NCBI RefSeq assembly: GCF_037042905.1
Contig: NC_087245.1
Location: forward strand, 24,678,001-24,742,000
DNA length: 64,000 nucleotides
Direction of reading: 5' to 3'
Source: Lytechinus pictus
Lineage: Eukaryota
Below the pieces are notes generated by a model. The model was not told where the DNA came from, ran no database searches, and saw only the letters and a program-made list of their open reading frames with translations. Numbering within the stretch: position 1 is the stretch's first letter; each line of letters opens with the position of its first letter. Below, in pieces: positions 63,610 to 64,000 of this stretch. The position numbers were made by a program, and so were the translations under genes.

Positions 63610-64000
63610 TTAAAGATACCGAGTCACATCATGGTCCTACTACATGGTCACATCAACACAAAAATACCCCTCGAATAACTGACATTCTCTTTCATGTTAT
63701 AGGCGTAATGTTCAAATTTCAAAAGAAAGCTCGAACAGTATAGTAATAATAGCTTTGCACCCTCTGGGGTTCCACGAGCCTAATTACATCAGGAGGGCTA
63801 AAGATATTCGTTCGACCCAACCCATTCGAATTTTTGTCAATTTGATATTGCTGATTGACAAAAATGTATGAATGTGATTCAAAATCTAACACTGATTCTA
63901 GAAATGGTAACTACTGAACTTACTTCGCCCAAATTGGGAAGATAAATAAGTGACTTGGAACTATTTTTTGACTGGCGGAATAATTAGGGCTATTTTACTG

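Overview
AT-rich, intron-rich animal genomic DNA. The repeat landscape suggests an echinoderm such as a sea urchin (inference only). The main feature is one + strand ADAMTS-family metalloprotease gene, reconstructed by hand as 19 phase-consistent GT-AG exons from 12523 to 44720 (3200 nt, about 1065 codons). The signal-peptide exon was not found. Domain order is prodomain, reprolysin domain (HELGHNLNLYHD), disintegrin-like, TSP1, Cys-rich, spacer and two more TSP1 repeats. It ends in an unusual Thr/Ser/Gly-rich stalk with a hydrophobic, GPI-signal-like tail. The rest of the window is mostly transposon material: a 1279-bp tandem array, a 7-kb nested DNA-transposon complex, a decayed L2-type LINE inside a foldback element, SINEs and many MITEs with readable target-site duplications (TSDs). 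Other oddities: a complete tRNA cloverleaf with a UCA anticodon split by an element with RSS-like CACAGTG ends; a scrambled mosaic of histone H4/H3 fragments; and a duplicated exon start that could give a protease-only isoform. Most long ORFs in the supplied track are repeat artefacts.
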